Position numbers and translations under genes: made by a program. Below the pieces are notes generated by a model. The model was not told the DNA's origin. It made no database searches and was given only the letters and a program-made list of their open reading frames with translations. Below are positions 62,608 to 64,000 of a stretch of 64,000 nucleotides of DNA, piece after piece (position 1 is the first letter of the stretch; the number at the start of each line of letters is the position of its first letter). The DNA comes from Acidobacteriota bacterium (GTDB lineage Bacteria > Acidobacteriota > Terriglobia > Terriglobales > Acidobacteriaceae): the NCBI GenBank assembly GCA_018268895.1, contig JAFDVP010000009.1, positions 169,757 through 233,756 on the forward strand, given 5' to 3'.

Positions 62608-64000
62608 ATGAGCACCGCAGATCTTGTTGAACGACTGTCGCAACACAGGCTGATTGGTTCGGCTCCTCGCAAGGAGCTGGAGTGGCTGGCGGAGCATGGA
62701 TTTGCGCGCACCGGCGAGCCGGGCGATCTGTTCTCGCACAAAGGAAAGCCGGTCGAGGGGATGTATGTGCTGTTTGCGGGGCGGCTGTCGCTGTTTGTGG
62801 ACCGCGGCGCAGGGCCGGTGAAGCTGGTGGAGTGGCGAGAGGGTGATGTGACGGGGATGCTACCGTACTCGCGGCTGGTGAATGCGCCCGGAGACTCGAT
62901 CGTGCAGGAGCGGCTGGAGGCGTTCGAGCTGCATCGCGACCTGATTCCGGAGATGATTCGAGAGTGCAATGGAGTAACGTCCATTCTTGTTCACCACATG
63001 GTGGACAGAGCCAAGCTGTTCACCTCGACCGAGCTGCAGAACGAAAAGATGGTTTCGCTGGGCAAGCTGTCGGCGGGACTGGCGCATGAGCTGGGCAATC
63101 CGTCTTCGGCAATTGAGCGCAGCGTTTGTCTGCTGACCGATCGGCTGGAGGATTGCGAGACGGCGATGCGGGAGTTGCAGGCGGCGAGACTGCCGGACGG
63201 TCAGCTTGCGGCAACGGATGCGTTTCGCGAGGCGTGTTTTGCGCGGAGAAATGGGTTGCCGCGTTCGGCCATGGAGCAGATGGACCGCGAAGAGGCGATC
63301 TACGACTGGCTGAGCAAGAGGGGCGTGAGCGTGTCGAGCGCTCCCATGCTGGCGGAGACGGAGGTTACGTTTGATGCCTTGAATGCTCTGGCGGCAGAGG
63401 TCTCTGGCCCGCCGTTGAATGCCGTGATCCGGTCAATGGCTTCGCGGGCGGCAATACGCAGTTTGACGTCGGAGGTGCAGAGTTCTTCGTCGCGCATCTC
63501 TACGCTGGTGATGGCCGTCAAGGGCTTCACGCACATGGACCAGGCGATGGTGGCGGACCGAGTGGATCCGGGCATCGGCCTGCATGATGCGGTGACGGTA
63601 TTGAATGCGAAAGCCATCGAGAAGTCGGTAAAGGTGGAGGTCGATGTCGAGCCTGACTTGCCGCAGGTATCGGGATTTGCCGGAGAGATGAATCAGATAT
63701 GGGGAATCCTGCTGGACAATGCGCTGGACGCAGTGTCTGATGGCGGCCATGTGAAGGTGATTGCCCGTCATGAGATGGGACGGCTCGTGGTGCACCTTAT
63801 CGACAATGGCTCCGGCATCCCGGTGGAGATTCAGTCACACATCTTCGACCCTTTTTTCACGACGAAGCCGATGGGGTTTGGAACAGGCCTGGGGCTGGAT
63901 ATCGCGCGCAGGCTGGTTCGTCATAACGATGGCTCGATCGAGTTTGAATCGAAGCCGGGGCGAACGGAGTTTCGGGTGTCGTTGCCGGTGGTCCGCGATT
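62608..64000 (+). CDS. Sensor histidine kinase with N-terminal cyclic-nucleotide-binding-like domain (truncated at window end)
   Basis: Own translation from ATG 62608, with no stop before 64000: MSTADLVERL...; H-box AHELGNP; LLDNALDA; DNGSGIP; FDPFFTTK; GTGLGL. Confidence 0.9.
   Translation, partial: MSTADLVERLSQHRLIGSAPRKELEWLAEHGFARTGEPGDLFSHKGKPVEGMYVLFAGRLSLFVDRGAGPVKLVEWREGDVTGMLPYSRLVNAPGDSIVQERLEAFELHRDLIPEMIRECNGVTSILVHHMVDRAKLFTSTELQNEKMVSLGKLSAGLAHELGNPSSAIERSVCLLTDRLEDCETAMRELQAARLPDGQLAATDAFREACFARRNGLPRSAMEQMDREEAIYDWLSKRGVSVSSAPMLAETEVTFDALNALAAEVSGPPLNAVIRSMASRAAIRSLTSEVQSSSSRISTLVMAVKGFTHMDQAMVADRVDPGIGLHDAVTVLNAKAIEKSVKVEVDVEPDLPQVSGFAGEMNQIWGILLDNALDAVSDGGHVKVIARHEMGRLVVHLIDNGSGIPVEIQSHIFDPFFTTKPMGFGTGLGLDIARRLVRHNDGSIEFESKPGRTEFRVSLPVVRD

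Noticed and set aside
61059-62984. 641-aa TldD as given by the ORF track
   Set aside because: The N-terminal 162 aa overlap the divergent kinase gene; homology begins at MTIPAP (62498).

Overview
Bacterial chromosomal DNA, high GC, most likely an Acidobacteriota (Edaphobacter/Granulicella-like) genome. That placement is inferred from PEP-CTERM, exosortase J with its small target protein, NHL lipoproteins, characteristic REP-like palindromes and conserved hypothetical genes. The window is mostly core genome: gyrB, rpmI-rplT, typA, sodA, a tkt-rpiA-gnd-zwf-pgl-glk pentose-phosphate cluster, nadC-birA-coaX-rlmD-comEC, valS, bamD, rpe and tldD/tldE. No rRNA, tRNA, CRISPR array, integrase or transposase was recognised. 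The most unusual signals are: (i) an AT-richer two-gene insert between tldD and tldE, with a 70-bp direct repeat bracketing one gene and a Cys motif shared by both proteins; (ii) a UvrC/Cho-like protein whose GIY-YIG catalytic residues look degenerate; (iii) a possible DnaD-like conserved protein in the coaX-rlmD operon; (iv) a structured, possibly switchable RNA between rpmI and rplT; (v) a palindrome/direct-repeat array plus sigma54-like promoter upstream of a PEP-CTERM gene; (vi) an exosortase J/micro-substrate/NHL locus with an apparently altered catalytic triad; (vii) a DprE1/DprE2-like pair; (viii) composite REP-like elements whose stems differ in sequence but stay paired. All family assignments come from motif recognition by eye; no database searches were run.
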